NCBI GenBank assembly: GCA_035084275.1
Contig: CM068752.1
Coordinates: 2,728,001-2,792,000, forward strand
Direction of reading: 5' to 3'
Length of the DNA: 64,000 bases
DNA from: Hydrolagus colliei
Taxonomy: Eukaryota
This document shows positions 35,301 to 48,804 of the stretch, in pieces. The translations under genes and the position numbers were made by a program. The notes under the pieces were generated by a model. The model saw nothing but the letters and a program-made list of their open reading frames with translations, did no database searches and had not been told where the DNA came from. Within the stretch, counting starts at the first letter, position 1, and the number at the start of each line of letters is the position of its first letter.

Positions 35301-37831
35301 TGATGTCTCCGAAAGTATTGTTCTGGATCACTATCTCAGCGGTGTCAAGATTCAAAAAGCCAAAACAGTGTGACAGTAACATAAATTAATTGGATTGTTC
35401 CACAAAAAGAATCTTCTGGTCGAGGTACCAGCCTTAACCAGGGCTGATCGCGATTTCACGGCCTTAATGTTTAATGGTGTAACTGTGGACCAAACCACTC
35501 CCTGATTGATGGTGTGCTACATAGAATCATAAAACGTTCATAATAATGATAATAATAATAATAATTCCTTGAGATTGACACAGCACCTCATCACTTCTCC
35601 ATCTGTAACGTGAACTGGTGAAACGTGGGAGCCAATGGCACATGGCAATGACAACACAAGCAGACGTGGATTGAAGTGACCAATTTTTTTTACTAGATGA
35701 ACAAAGGAGTGTGGAGCAAGGGAACCTGACCAACGTTTCGCCCGGCTGGGAATTGAACCCGGGTTTCTCACTCGCTGGGGAATCGGAATGATGGGGAAGC
35801 AGAGTGTGTACACTGCTTGGCACAGAGCATGTTCATATTTGGAATAGCAATGGAGGAAAGGGTGTCAGAGGGAAAGATTTGGGTGTGGGAGGAACAGCTG
35901 AAGGTAGGAATGAGGAGGATCAGAAAACATCACTCAGGCTGTTTTGGCTGATACGAGTGTTTGAAGCTGTGCGACCACAAAACAAAGAGATGTGAAGCCA
36001 CGTGCTGTTCTGAGGGACACAGGGCGATTTGTAAATGACTGGGTGTAAATCATCTACCGATCTCAATACAACAGAGAAGCGAAACGCCAATTGAATGCGG
36101 GTGGCGTGACGCGCAAAATCCTCTGGAGATGTCGGAGGTAGTAACGTTTGGTGCCAAGGTGGAAACTCGATCACACACTGTCCTCGCGGTAAGATGTTTG
36201 TGTCTCTAATACACTACATAAAAGAGGGCGAGACTTCCTCATTTGAAAAAGTCCCATCTGCTGAGCCACATGACCCCTGCCAGAGCCTGACTTTTCAGCT
36301 GCTTCATTAACAACATCGAGAGAGAGAGAGAGAAAAGCCCCCCACCCCACCACTTTTATTCACGAACAAAAAGGAAACAGGATCCATTCAGCTTATTTCT
36401 GCCTCGTTTCTATGCACTCCACTTGCGGTGTCCTGCGCTAGTATTAATTCTCAGTCGTCTAAGAAAGAAGTAACTGACATTTTGAAAAAAAAACTTATTT
36501 TTCTTAACTATATGCCTGTTATTTTATCACAGGGCACCCCCGCCCCCATTCCTTTTAATTGCTGGTGGAACTATCACCAACTGACCTACACACAACCTTG
36601 TCAATTAAACCTCCATCGTTCGCGGGCTGACAGGTTAAACTTGCCTGTTCTGGTCTGAGCACCAGAGGCTGGTTAAAGCAACACTCGCACACACAGCGAA
36701 CGAAGCAAACAATGCACGTAACTGTGTTGGAACTCAGCTCTCAACTTTTAATTCAAACTTCCCTGAACAATGTGCACAATGTACCAGAAAACGCAGCTGC
36801 CGTCTGGCCCGCATCCCATAACGTACTGGAAATTGCAGCTGTAGCCTCCCAAAAACCAGCCCACGTACAAAACAAAAAACGCCGCTCCATTTGAACTCTT
36901 ATGCTAATCTAAAGAAATCGGACTTCATTTGAAACTGGGAGAATTTTGTCGGTGGCAGGACTCCAGGGCTTGCCAGACTGCCATTGGGTGTTTTCAGAAT
37001 GCTCAAAAGTTAAGATGGAAATCGAAGGATAACAGGATAACTCAAAACTGACACTCTTGTGTTCGAACGCCCAACGGCTCGGTTGAATAAACAGTCTGTT
37101 TCATCCCTGAGATGCATCACCAGGTCTTATGCATCATCTGTGTTGCCTTATTTCTCCACCCAAAAAAAAAAATTCTCCACCCAGATTAATTAATTAACCC
37201 TATTTGACCATTAGCCACATGATTCACAGTGGAGAGATCACATGCATTTTTTTTTCGTCTTGAATCTATCCTTAACAAGTTGTTTTCTACTTAATACATG
37301 GAATCTGTTACTCGATGAAGTCATCGGAGAAGAAGGGAATGAAAGGGTTAGGGCAAGAGGGACGGATAAGCCACTGTCTTGCTGAGACTGATAAGGATTT
37401 TGGAATGTGCACCACATCTGTGCTGGGGACGAGACACCAACTGGGGGATTTGAGAGAGAAATTTGTGATGTAAATCTATTAAAATGTGTAGTGGGGTGGG
37501 TGGGGCGGGGGGTGGGGGGAGGGGAAACAGGATGTGGGTTTACACAGTTTCGTGGAATGGTCTGCGGTGCAATGCGTTCATGGTTTCCCTGGGTTAACCA
37601 GGTATTTTCTTCAACAGAAAAGCTACTCACTGGACACAGAGAGTTGTGGATTATCGAAAGATCGTCACCAATGTTGCTGTGTGAGTGAGAAATGATCTGT
37701 TTTCCCTTCCCCTCCCATCTCACTTACTAGACTGCATGGCAACGGTTGCTCACAATGGTGGGTTTGTGGGATGACCAGTGGCTGGTTAGTAAGGAGGTAA
37801 CTATCACGCTCTTCACTAATTATCCCAATTT

Positions 37832-38130
37832 GCGGAGTCCTGCAGCTCAGTGGTTAGAGCACTCGCCTTACAAGCGAGAGACCTGGGTTCGATTCCAGGC
37901 AGGGCGAACCCTTGGGCAAGTTTCTTTTCCTTAATAAGTAATCCCTCAAAAAAGTATTGGTCGTTTCAATCCACCACTGTTTGTGGGACACTGCTGTGCA
38001 CAACTGGCTGTCGTGTTTCGCCCACAAATATACAATCAGCTCACTTTACAATATATTCTGCAGACGTGCGAATACAGTAATGTTGTGCACACGTCTAAAA
38101 CGCTACAGCAAATGCCAGGGTTATTATTTT
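37832..38130 (+). mobile_element. tRNA-headed Deu-domain SINE
   Basis: cagctcagtggttagagcactcgccttacaagcgagagacctgggttcgattcc...core. Confidence 0.88.
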
Positions 38131-38221
38131 TAATTCTTACATTTCTGCAACAATAAAATAGTTTTGAAGCTTTTTAAAAATATATATAAAGATATACATT
38201 AATAACCATTGAGGCACTCAC

Positions 38222-38782
38222 CGAGCATTTGGACTTCTTGCGTAATTCCGTAAATGTCGATCAGTGCCCAGAGTGTCCCCGAGACGTTAATGCCGCACTG
38301 AAAGAGGATCGGGTCCTCGTCATTCACATTGTAAAATACTCGTCCGTGTCGGTCCAACCAGAAAGCCAGGACGTTGTCCCTCAGGGCAAACCTTTCGGGC
38401 AAGGCCTTTGCCCAGTAGCCTGGTCGGGTCACCAGGTCGGGGCAGGCGTATTTTGGGATCTCCGCTGAATTCATCAGCGAAGGATCGTGGCTGGTGAAGC
38501 CGAACCGCAGGGCGCCGCTCCATCCGTGAAGCACCACCGAGAGCCGGAGCCTGACTTTCTCGTACAGGTGGATGGGGCGGCTGCTGAAGGTGATGCCGTT
38601 GCAGAAGCTGCTCTTCCGCGTGGCTTTGCGAAGGTTCGGGTCCAGGCGTATGTTCTTGCCTTTGGCGTGAGAGTGAAAGCGCGGCGTCTCGGCGATGGTG
38701 GGGTGCGCCCGCCTCTCATGACCGCCGGCGGGGAGCGTGTAGTACTGGCGAGCCGTCCCAGGGCCCGAGTGGTGAGTCGTGT
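38222..38782 (-). CDS. NEURL1B: NEURL1B exon 2: NHR1 (neuralized homology repeat) domain
   Basis: cttacAG acceptor, G|GTGAGT donor. PRFHSHAKGKNIRLD...SFCNGITFS...GWSGALRFGFT...PKYACPDLVTRPGYWAKALPE. 561 nt, phase 1-1. Adjacency to SH3PXD2B supports the 1B paralog. Confidence 0.96.
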
Positions 38783-41761
38783 CTGTAAGTGACACAACCG
38801 CGGTTATTACGTTGCACCTTTCAACAAAAACCCTTATCCTTTCGTTCAGACGATCGAGGCACAATAATATAATTAGTCATTTTTGAATCCACGAACGGCT
38901 GCTTGTGGGACACGGTGGTGCGCAATTGGCTGCCGTATTTTCACCCACAAATATACAGTCAATTCATTTTACAGTACATTCTGTGAAGTGCTTTGAGACG
39001 TCTAGAAGACGTGAAAAAACGCTATATCATATTCAAGGATTATTATTATAAGGCGTACACCTATTGTATGCCACTGTTTGCCAATTTGGCTGAGATCAGC
39101 TTAAAAAAAAAGAAACTAAAACTTTCCCACAGTTTAAGCGCTCCGAGATGCTGTCCGGCGTGAAAGGCACTACATAAACACAAATTGTTGATGCTGTGCG
39201 TAGCAATATACTGAGTGGATTCCATGTCCTCCCCATTCCCCTGATAGATATCCATCAATCCAAGCAGAGCTATAAAAAGTCAACAAACTCTTGTTTTCTC
39301 ACTAATCGTAGCAATTAAACTGGAACAAAGATACAATTAAACGTTTACTGTTTGGTATGGTGGATTTGGTTCAAGATTTTCAGATTAGTGTTGTATGTAG
39401 TGAGGTTTAACCCTCCAATAAAAAAGTGGGTATCAGTGCATTCTTTCAGGCATTTGCGAATACACAGTCACTACATTGTACAGCACTTTAGACATGAAAA
39501 ACGCGGCACCACAATTCAAGGACTATTATTGTTACTGATGTTTTAACTGAAGGCAACAGACATCACTGTTAGAGATTGCTGATAACAATAGATGTATTAT
39601 TCACTGAATACCAATTGATCCAAATGATTTTGTAGCTACAGTACATCAAACCATAAATCTCCTGCGTGAAGATTTTCAACGAAATGAACTTTTGAATCGG
39701 GGACCGTTACATTTTGCCCTTGGATAGCACGTTAAGATGTTCTCTTTTCATAGCGTTGACTACATTACACGAACCACACACATTATCAGATTAAGATATC
39801 GATCCAGGAAACTGTGGGGCTTTCTAGTTGAATTATGGCATAACATATGTCCGACAGAACCGTTTCCCTCCGAGGCTGAAAATAAAAGCCATAACCCAAC
39901 AGACACCGTGACCGAGCCAGGATTCATGCGAAGTGGTTCTTAAGATTGTAGCAGAAGCTGTGTGACCACAAAACAAACAAGGTTCTCACCAGTCACAGTG
40001 AGCTGCAAGGGTTCATCCACCCACATGAAGGCAGTCATCGTTTACTCCCCACCCCCATACAGCGGGCAAAACGTTATGGGTCAGGCCTGATTGTGAGAGA
40101 AATGTCATCATGTTTATGCTCCCAAAGCTTAAGACGGGGGGGGGGGGGGGGGGGCAAGAAACGGAATGAAACCTACACAGTCTGGCTTCAGATGTTTGAC
40201 CCTGATTTAGGGCAAGCCAAAGCCCCCAAAATCTGCAACGCAAATGAACGATTCGGTTGATGAGCACATGTTTCGAATATGCAAAGCATGTCCTTAAATC
40301 GGGTTGACTGCGAATATAATCACACAGCCTAATCTGCTCAGTTGAGCCGAGAAGCGTTTCTTCGAAGAATTTCTGCCAGCATCACAGAGCTGGCTGAAAT
40401 ATCAAAATATTGACCGCAGCAAATTCTCCTCGTTAATTCGCACAGACATCAGTGCATAATTCACACTGGGGGGAGAAAAGACCAGAGAGAACGACTGATA
40501 TTCATCATTGGAACAATGGAGCAGCTGACAGTCAAATGATTTATGAAAAGATTATTACCCTGCAGGCTACATCATCTCTGGGCACACATGATGCTTATTT
40601 AATTATTTGCTTTTCAGACCCACCCATTGGTCTCAATAACCTCAGCTCCTTTTATCCGAGGACAGCGAGGCAAGTCAGGGTGCATTGGGAAGCTTGTTAG
40701 TGGAAGAGAAGCAGGTTGGTTACAAGGATCAGCGGAATCGAAAAGTAACTTACGTCCTCGATCAATAATCCACGACTGTTTGTGGGACACCGCTGTGCGC
40801 AATTGACCGCCGCGGTTCGCCCACAAATATGCAGTCAATTCACTTTACAGTTTATTCTGTGAAGCGCTTTGAGGCATCTGGAAAACGTGAAAAGCGCTAT
40901 ATAAAATGCAAGAATTATTATCATAAAAAAAGCAAACAACACTATTAACTGTTAAATACCGGATAGTATGTTTAACGAGCACAGGCATTCTGGCTGTTTT
41001 GATGTTTGATAAAAGTCTCTATTTCTTAATGTTTGATACAGGTCCCTATTTCTATGGGATGTGATTTACGAAGTATATATCCTCAGCAGCTGAATCTTTG
41101 AGGTAAGTTTATTTTTGTTTCACATACAAACGAGGACAGATATCCAGATTTGTTTCCCTGTAAAAACCACTTGAGTTGAATCGAAGGATCCACTTCCTCC
41201 ATGTTCTAAGGTTGGTTCAGGTTGGATATTTCTGGGAAATGGTTTGGCCCACTTTAATGAGCCCCAGCCATAAACTAAGCTGCAGAGAAACAACGCAAAT
41301 TCTTCCTCCGGTTGAGATGCAACAAAAATAATAAGGTACGTAGGAAGTCAGTATTTTATTATTCTGGATCCATGGAAACTTCACACCAAATAGAAGAAAG
41401 ACTTCGGCTGGATAGACCATATTTTGAGAATTCCAATTGCTGTGACCTTACAGGAAACTCAATTAAAATATGGAAAGATAAAAACAGTCCAGGAATCGGT
41501 TGTGTTTTACGTTTAGGTGAACTTTGAATATTGAATGAAAGCAGTGTGAATCCTACACTTAAACCTCACCCATTCCCAGAAATAATTAACAAGCACCAAG
41601 CTACAATCATATATTGCCCTTCACGGCAGGCAGGTACACAAAGTCCTTTGAGAGCAGTGATCCATTTAAGAACTAAACAAAAACACCTCAAAACAAGGAA
41701 TGCTTCCCTGGAAAAGTTGGAAAGTGCTCTTGAACTGTTTCCAAACTGCAGCCGCATTGGA

Positions 41762-42748
41762 AATAATAATAATAATAATCATAATAATAATCTTCTAGAC
41801 GGCTCAAAGCGCTTCACAGAATATACTGTGAAGTGAATTGACTGTATATTTGTGGGCGAAATGCAGGAGCCAATTGTGCACAGCAGCGTCCCTGCAAACA
41901 GCAGTAGATGGAAAATGACCAATTTATTATAGGTTTTTTTGGGATGGATTATTATTAGGCGTGTGTGTGGAGTTAGGAAACTTGCCCAAGGTTTAGCCCT
42001 GACCTGCCTGGATTCGAAACACAGGTCTCACGCTTGTAAAGTGCGCTAACCACTGAGCTACAGGAGCTCCACAAATGTAACCGAACTCTATTGTAATAAT
42101 CCCTGCATTTGATATAGCTCCTTATCAGGTTTTCTAGACGTCTCAAAGTGCTTCTCAGAGTGTACTGTAAAGTGAATGCACTGTATACATTGTGGGCGAA
42201 ACCTTCCCTTCCTCTCACTTTCCTTTCTAACATGAGCTGCTGCGATGACCAACGATCAGTAACGGATGCAGAATGACCTCCGTGAAAGGGGCCCTTGTAC
42301 AGACAAATGGAACAAAACAAAATCTCCGCCAGTTAAAAGAAATGTGCCTCGTTCCATGTGACATATTCCAATGCGAAAGCAATCTGTGGCCGCGCTGATT
42401 AGGAATTAATTTGTTGGTCACAGAAAATGTAATAATAATAAATAAATAATAATAATCCTTGCATTTGATATAGCCCTATTCACATATTCTGGGTGTCTCA
42501 AAGCGCTTCACAGAGTACACTGTAAAGTGAATTGACTGTATACTTGTGGGGGAAACACGGCAGCCAATTGCGCACAGCAGTGTCCCACAAACAGTCGTGG
42601 ATTGAAATGACCAATTTTTTTTTTAATTGATGGAATTATTATTAGGCGTGGAGTAAGGAAACTTGTCCAAGGTTTTGCTCTGATCTGCCTGGATTCGAAC
42701 ACAGGCTTGTAGGGCGAGTGCTCTAACCACTGAGCTACAGGACTCCAT
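41762..42748 (-). mobile_element. Cluster of reverse-oriented SINEs (41762-42072, 42095-42205, 42430-42748)
   Basis: Two near-full copies and one tail fragment, all reverse oriented. Confidence 0.85.
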
Positions 42749-43763
42749 ATGGTATCATGAACGTCTCCACGCTGTCATTTCAGTTAAGATGACTGTTGTT
42801 TTGTTGGAAAATCTGAGCTGAACCTGAAACCAGAGAGGCGAGAGCTCCTGTTTATCACAAGAGGAAACATCTGGCTTCTAAATATTATATATCTAGCCGG
42901 GATTACGTAAACATGAACCTGGACTCCGCAGATTATTACCAGTGTGTAAAGCACTGCGTTACACTGCCTGACCATTCCCTCTTAAATCTACATTCCACTT
43001 TTCCTTCAACACTGAGGAAAATTTGCTTCAACCACTTGCTGTCTGAAGGGCGCAGAATTTGCTCCTTCCACTCTAGGTGGGGCAGCCAGACAGGTGGTTG
43101 AGTCCAGCGTTGCCTGTGTGCAATGCTTCCCCCAGTACAGTGTGTTTTTCTGCAGCTCAGAGAGAAGAGCCATTGTATAATAATAATATTATAATAATAA
43201 TAATTATCCTTGCATTTGATAGGTACCTTTTTTACCACAAATATACAGTCAATTCACTTTGCATTATTATCATTATTATCATTATTCTGTGAATAATTTG
43301 AGACGTCTAGAAGACACGAAAAGCGCTATATCAAGTGCAAGGACTGTTATTATTATTATTATTATTATCTTCTGTAGGCAATTTTCAGGGGACATTCAAA
43401 GTGATGGACTTTGTTGAGCAGAAGTGACACAACTTAGTGCTATATTAAAAAAAAACTTGCGTAACCATTTCATACAGCGCCTTATCATATCTTCGAGACG
43501 TCTCAAAGCGCTTCGTATAATACACTGTAAGAAGTCAATTGGCTGTGTATTGTGTGAGGGAAGCCAATTGCACACAGCCTTAAAGTGTCCCACAAACAGT
43601 CGTGGATTGAGTGACCAAATTATTCTTTTATTTGATCCGTTTCTTTGAAGGGATTATTGGCCCTGGGAAGCGATCCGCCAATCGACTAACAAGCGTCAGG
43701 GAAAGAATATTGAGATTAAACAGAATCAATGCTAGTTCCCTCTGGGACAACAACTACTTACAT

Positions 43764-43802
43764 TACACACATACACATACACACACACATACATACACAC
43801 AC
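43764..43802 (+). repeat. (CA)n/(CATA)n microsatellite
   Basis: Direct inspection. Confidence 0.9.
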
Positions 43803-44334
43803 GCGTGCAGAGAGCAGTGGAGGCTGCAGTTTGTGGTCACAGATGACATATGGCTATTTGTGTGCTCAAGGATATAAAGCGTCATGGGAAATCAAGGTTT
43901 AGTAAAAGGAGAAATCACGTTTTGTAACAGGGGAAAACTCTCCACTAATCATTCATAGAAATTAACTGAGCATCGAAATCTTTACCACAGATATACAGTC
44001 GATTCACTTCACGGTGTATTCCGTGGAGCTCTTTTAAGACGTCTAGGAGACGTGAAAAGCACTAGGTCAAATGCAAGGATTATTATTATTATTATTTGCT
44101 AGCCGTTTTTAGGTTACTCAAAATAAACAGAAATTTACAACCGCCTTGTTACTCATGTATCTCCGTTCGAAAAAGATGACTTTCCTCTGGACTAATCTCT
44201 CTGCCAGAAAGACGTGAAAATGCTCAGTGAGAAATTAGAGATGCAAACACTAATGCGAGAATAGGAATGCCCTCAATTTTTCAAACCCTGTGTTTTATTA
44301 TATATTATATTTATTATAATATATGCCTGCAATA

Positions 44335-44475
44335 AGAACATAAGAATCAGGAGCAGGTGTAGGCCATTCAGCCCTTCGAGCCTGCTCCGCCATCCAATAA
44401 GATCATGGCTGATCTTCTCACCTAACTCTGATTACCTGCCCTATGCCCATATCCCCTAATCTCTCTATTCTTCAA
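44335..44475 (-). mobile_element. CR1-type LINE 3' end
   Basis: aagaacataagaatcaggagcaggtgtaggccattcagcccttcgagcctgctccgccatccaataagatcatggctgatc. Confidence 0.75.
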
Positions 44476-44533
44476 AATTAAGGCATCTTTTGAGGCATCT
44501 CAAAGTGCTTCAAAGAATATACTGTAAAGTGAA

Positions 44534-44647
44534 ACAAAAACAGAAGTTGCTGTGGAAACTCAGCAGGTCAGGCAGCATCCATGGAGAAAGGAAAAGGAAT
44601 CAACGTTTCGGGTCTACAACCCTTCGTCAGAACTGGGGCTTGTTTGC
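44534..44647 (-). mobile_element. Penelope-like terminal-repeat remnant (single arm) inserted in a SINE, with 14-bp flanking duplication
   Basis: TACTGTAAAGTGAA at 44520-44533 and 44648-44661. The insert matches the arms of 50060-50190 and 63467-63647 and carries a CTGACGA...GAAA motif on the - strand. Confidence 0.7.
44599..44633 (-). ncRNA. Minimal hammerhead ribozyme motif (Penelope-type)
   Basis: - strand reads GTT-CTGACGA-A-GGGTT-GTA-GACCC-GAAA-CGTT-GAT: intact core, stem II, palindromic ACGT in place of stem III, weak stem I. Confidence 0.55.
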
Positions 44648-46761
44648 TACTGTAAAGTGAATTGACTATCGAATATTTTGTGGGTGAAACTGAGCAGCCA
44701 ATTGTGCACAATCGAGGATTGAATGATCAATTTATTATTATGATTATTATTATTATTATTTGGGTAATTTTTTTCTAAATGGAATTTTACCCCCGGAAAA
44801 GCATTCCATCAATTGACTAACAACCAAGTTCCTACTTACTGCAAGGTATGCAGAGGCAGGCGAGTAAGGGGAGCAAGGAATTCAATGCTTCGCCCTTCCC
44901 GGGAACTAAAGTTAACTCACTTTACACTGTTCATTCCAGGCTTATCCCTTTCACTTTTACATTCTCTCTCAGGTAAGTACTGTACTGCAGCTCAAATGGG
45001 AAGAGCTTAATTGTCACTGACCACCTACCCCAGCGTCCAAAAGCAACAAAATGATAATTGAATATAACTCAACCCAATTTACAAAATAAGGAAAATAATC
45101 ATAATTTTCAGCTTCATCTTTAACTTTATACATTTTCCAACCGCAAATAGAGTGACTGTTTATTACAGTTTTATTCCATGACAACTTCTTGATTAGTCCA
45201 GATCTCTTCTGGATGCTTTGGGAATGCCATAACTTTTTATCCCAAAAAAGGCACACGGGATAGGTTAGGTTTGCTGGAAAGGTTCGCTTTAGCTGTGAGG
45301 GCTTTTGGCTAACATTTTGCTGAAAAGCGATTTTAGATTCCAAACAAAACAAAACTTCAATGAGACGAGAATTATCAATTACAGAAAACAGATTCTTTTT
45401 AATCAGTTCACTGCAAACCCACAAGTAACAGGATTATTACTAGATTAATGGTTTGTTAAAAATCACAGAGTAATGAATCTTGTTACAACTCTACCTGCCA
45501 ACTTCAGAAGGAAAGTGAAACCCTCTGATTGTTCCTCCTGATTAAATACACTTAAAAAAACAACTAAGAAACACACCCTCCCGTGGTTTTTAAGATGTTG
45601 TTCTGACCTACTTATTGCCTCCCCCTGTTTCATTTGTATAATATTTCAGAAAGATCTGGCACATATATTTTGGAAAGAATATGTTTTATTGCTCCATCTT
45701 TTAGACATCAAATCAGGTTGTTTATATACCTAATCGCTCACACACATGAATATACTGCATTTATATGTTAAGTTTTAAATAGTGCATTACTTGAATGTTC
45801 CATCTAGCCGTGCCTTGGCAGAAAACAAAATCTTCTTATTATTTTGTAGTTAATTTTGCTGAAACGCTGCTTTACTTAGTAACATTTTAACATCGCGGTT
45901 CTAAAACTAAGCATAAATATTTATAAATAATGAAAATGTGATTTATTCAATGTAAAGTATCCTCTGGTAGTCACCAACAGCAACTCTTTCAGGCAAAACA
46001 TGATTAACTTGTGATGAGAACATGGACATAGATACAATGTAGAGGGCTGAGAGGAAGCAAACTACAGTGGAGTACTTAAACATGCATTAAAAATAAAATT
46101 CTAGATAAACTTGAAACTTTACATTTGCTATATTAATAATCCTTGCATTTGATGTCTTCTAGGCGTCTCAAAGTGATTCACATATGTGTGGGAGAAACGC
46201 AGCAGCCAATTGCACACAGCAGTGTCCCACAAACAGTCGTGGATTGAAAATGACCAATTTCATTATTTTGTTTGAGGAATTATTATTAGGCGTGTATGTG
46301 GAGTTAGGAAACTTGCCCAGGGTTTCGCCCTGACTGGAATTGAACCCAGGTCTCTCGCTTGAATATTAAACCCATATTCACAATAAGATAGTTTCAGTGC
46401 CTTGGGATGTCCTCCGACGTGAAAGGTATTGTATTTTGGTGATTATAATACACTCGTACATGCAAAAAGGCAACAGCAAATTCTCAGCACACATCAAATA
46501 GAACGGGAAGTGATAAAGAAAGGGATAGCTGTAAACAGACTGCATCACGATACGTGAGAGGATTTTCTTCCACCAGTTGATAAAAGAATAGCATCAATAA
46601 ACTGAGGAAGTTGACAGAGCCAAGTATCATTGCTTTTATTTATTTTGCCTGCAAAATTCACGTTAAACTACATGCACAGTTTAGTCTGAGAAATGCGTTG
46701 CGATGTATGTACATCCAATGTGACAGGAGCTATATCAAATGTAAGATTATTAAAAACTGTT

Positions 46762-47125
46762 AATAATAATAATCCTTGCATTTGATAAAAGCGCATTATC
46801 ACATCTTCGAGACGTCTCAAAGCGCGTCACAGAATATACTGTAAAGTGAATTGACTGTATATTTTAATGGCAAAATACAGCAACCAATCGCTCACAGCAG
46901 GATCCCACAAACATTCATGGATTCAGTGACCAAATTATATTTTAAAGGATTATTACCCTCACAAAAGCTATCTGCTTAATATTTGGGTTCCTGCTTACTG
47001 CAGGTTAAACAGAGGTGTGTGGAATAGGGAAACTTGCCCAATGTGTCGCCCTGCCGGGAATCAAAACCCAGGTCCTCTCACTTGCAAGGCAAGAGTGCTT
47101 CAACCGTTCAGTTACAGGACTCCAC
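46762..47125 (-). mobile_element. Long-form SINE, full length
   Basis: Includes the central segment gggttcctgcttactgcaggttaaacagagg; head with TGC at the anticodon position. Confidence 0.82.
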
Positions 47126-48804
47126 ATTGTGTTATTGCAACTGAGCACAAGGATCTAGGCAATTCAAAAGCGCTTGTGGTTTTCTCTGTGCAATTTTCAG
47201 GAACCGTGACCATCAAACCGATTGACATTTTGTCCCCATGTCGCTGCCACCACACGGTAACCGAAATAACCGTTTACAGGCATTGCAAACCTCACACACG
47301 TGGAGTGTTTCACTTCAAACGGATTAACAGTGACCTGACAACAAAGTCTTACCAGCTCTCAATATTCCAGTGGCTTTCAAGGTGGCATTGTTCTTATGGA
47401 TATTTATATAATACAATTCTAACCAGAAAACAAAACACAGTATGTACAACCGACAACTGTTTCAAAAAAAAATTGGACGAGATCCATATCTTTGACCTGT
47501 TTCGGAGAGATTCACCAACTCGTACTTACTTTGCACGCTACTGATGCTCAGCTTCAAGTGCCACTCACCAGGACTCTGGTTTTGAAGCACTCCTTAAGAT
47601 TTGGCCTCGATCCTTCGACAGGATTCTCACATCGAGTGAGATGTGCTTTTGGAGGGAAAATTTGGATTTGCTTGGATTCAAATTCATACCAAATGTTCGT
47701 TGGGAATATGTGAAGGGTGTTACAGTGAATCCCGACACCCCTGACTGTCCAGCGCCTTGGGACGTCCTCCCGACGTGAGAGGCGCTAGACAGATGTGTAA
47801 ATATAATTTTGCTACTGTTGTCTTAAGCCGGCTAAGGCATGAGGTTAAGAATTTGACCGGTCGGGGAAATTAAAAGATAAAACAATGATCAAAATTAATT
47901 TTTTCGACTCCTTGGTTTTAGACGATGTCAAATTACTGAAACATTTTAAAAGGCCAGGAAATGTAGCCTTGCACAGTCCAACAAATCAAAATGGCAACTC
48001 AGTTCCCATCTTGGCCCTCGGTTGCCTCTCTTTAATCAAGTCTTGTGCAACGCTCCCCATTATTTATTTGGTCAGCCTGGTGTCTGACAGATGAGAGAAT
48101 CCATTACGAGGGTAAGAATGCACAAACCAGACTGAGGTTTCCACACATGCCATCTTCACATGGAAATTCCCTTGTCTGGAATGGAATACATTCTTTCTCT
48201 CTCTCTTGTGTTTGGAGGGACTCACTGATTAACTGACGCTGGAGAGTATTAGAACAACAAAGAAAATACAACGGCAAAATTACATTTGTCTAGCGCCTTT
48301 CACGCCAGGAGGATGTCCCGAGGCACTGACATCTGAGCTGGTTGAGGATGGGCGTACGTTGGCAACAGCCAAGTTTTGGGTACCCCAAATTGTGATTGGG
48401 TTATTGATGGCAGTAGGAAACAGCTAAAACTGCACAGTTTGCCATCGAAAGGACTGTCTGGCAAGCTTCCCGCTGCCTGTCCAACCAGCCTTCCTGTAGC
48501 TTGCGGAGCTTGACAGGAACTCAGTGGGAAGAATTCCTATCTCTAACGGCCCTCGGAGTCCTGTTGATGAGCCAGGCTGATGGGTGTCTCACAGGCAGTG
48601 CCTGAATTGCTGTATTCTTTCCTGGTTCAGGTTGAGTCATTTCAGAGATTGTTCCCATCAGTACAATTGGTAGTAAAGATAAGTTTCACTTGTTTATGAC
48701 TAAATATCCTTTGAGGAGTTTACTGACTCATTTCCTGTGTACCTACCTACTTCACAGGTAGACTGACAACTGAAGGCAAACAAAAGAGCAACAGCCCCCC
48801 AGAA

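Noticed and set aside
37835-37905. tRNA-Val(TAC)-like gene (and similar heads elsewhere)
   Set aside because: D arm and anticodon arm are present, but there is no acceptor stem and the T stem is imperfect. It continues into the SINE body, so it is a SINE head.
47017-47544. 175-aa ORF (and 33373-33825, 37238-37723, 45014-45424)
   Set aside because: No recognisable domain, intronic location, partly SINE-derived or low complexity.
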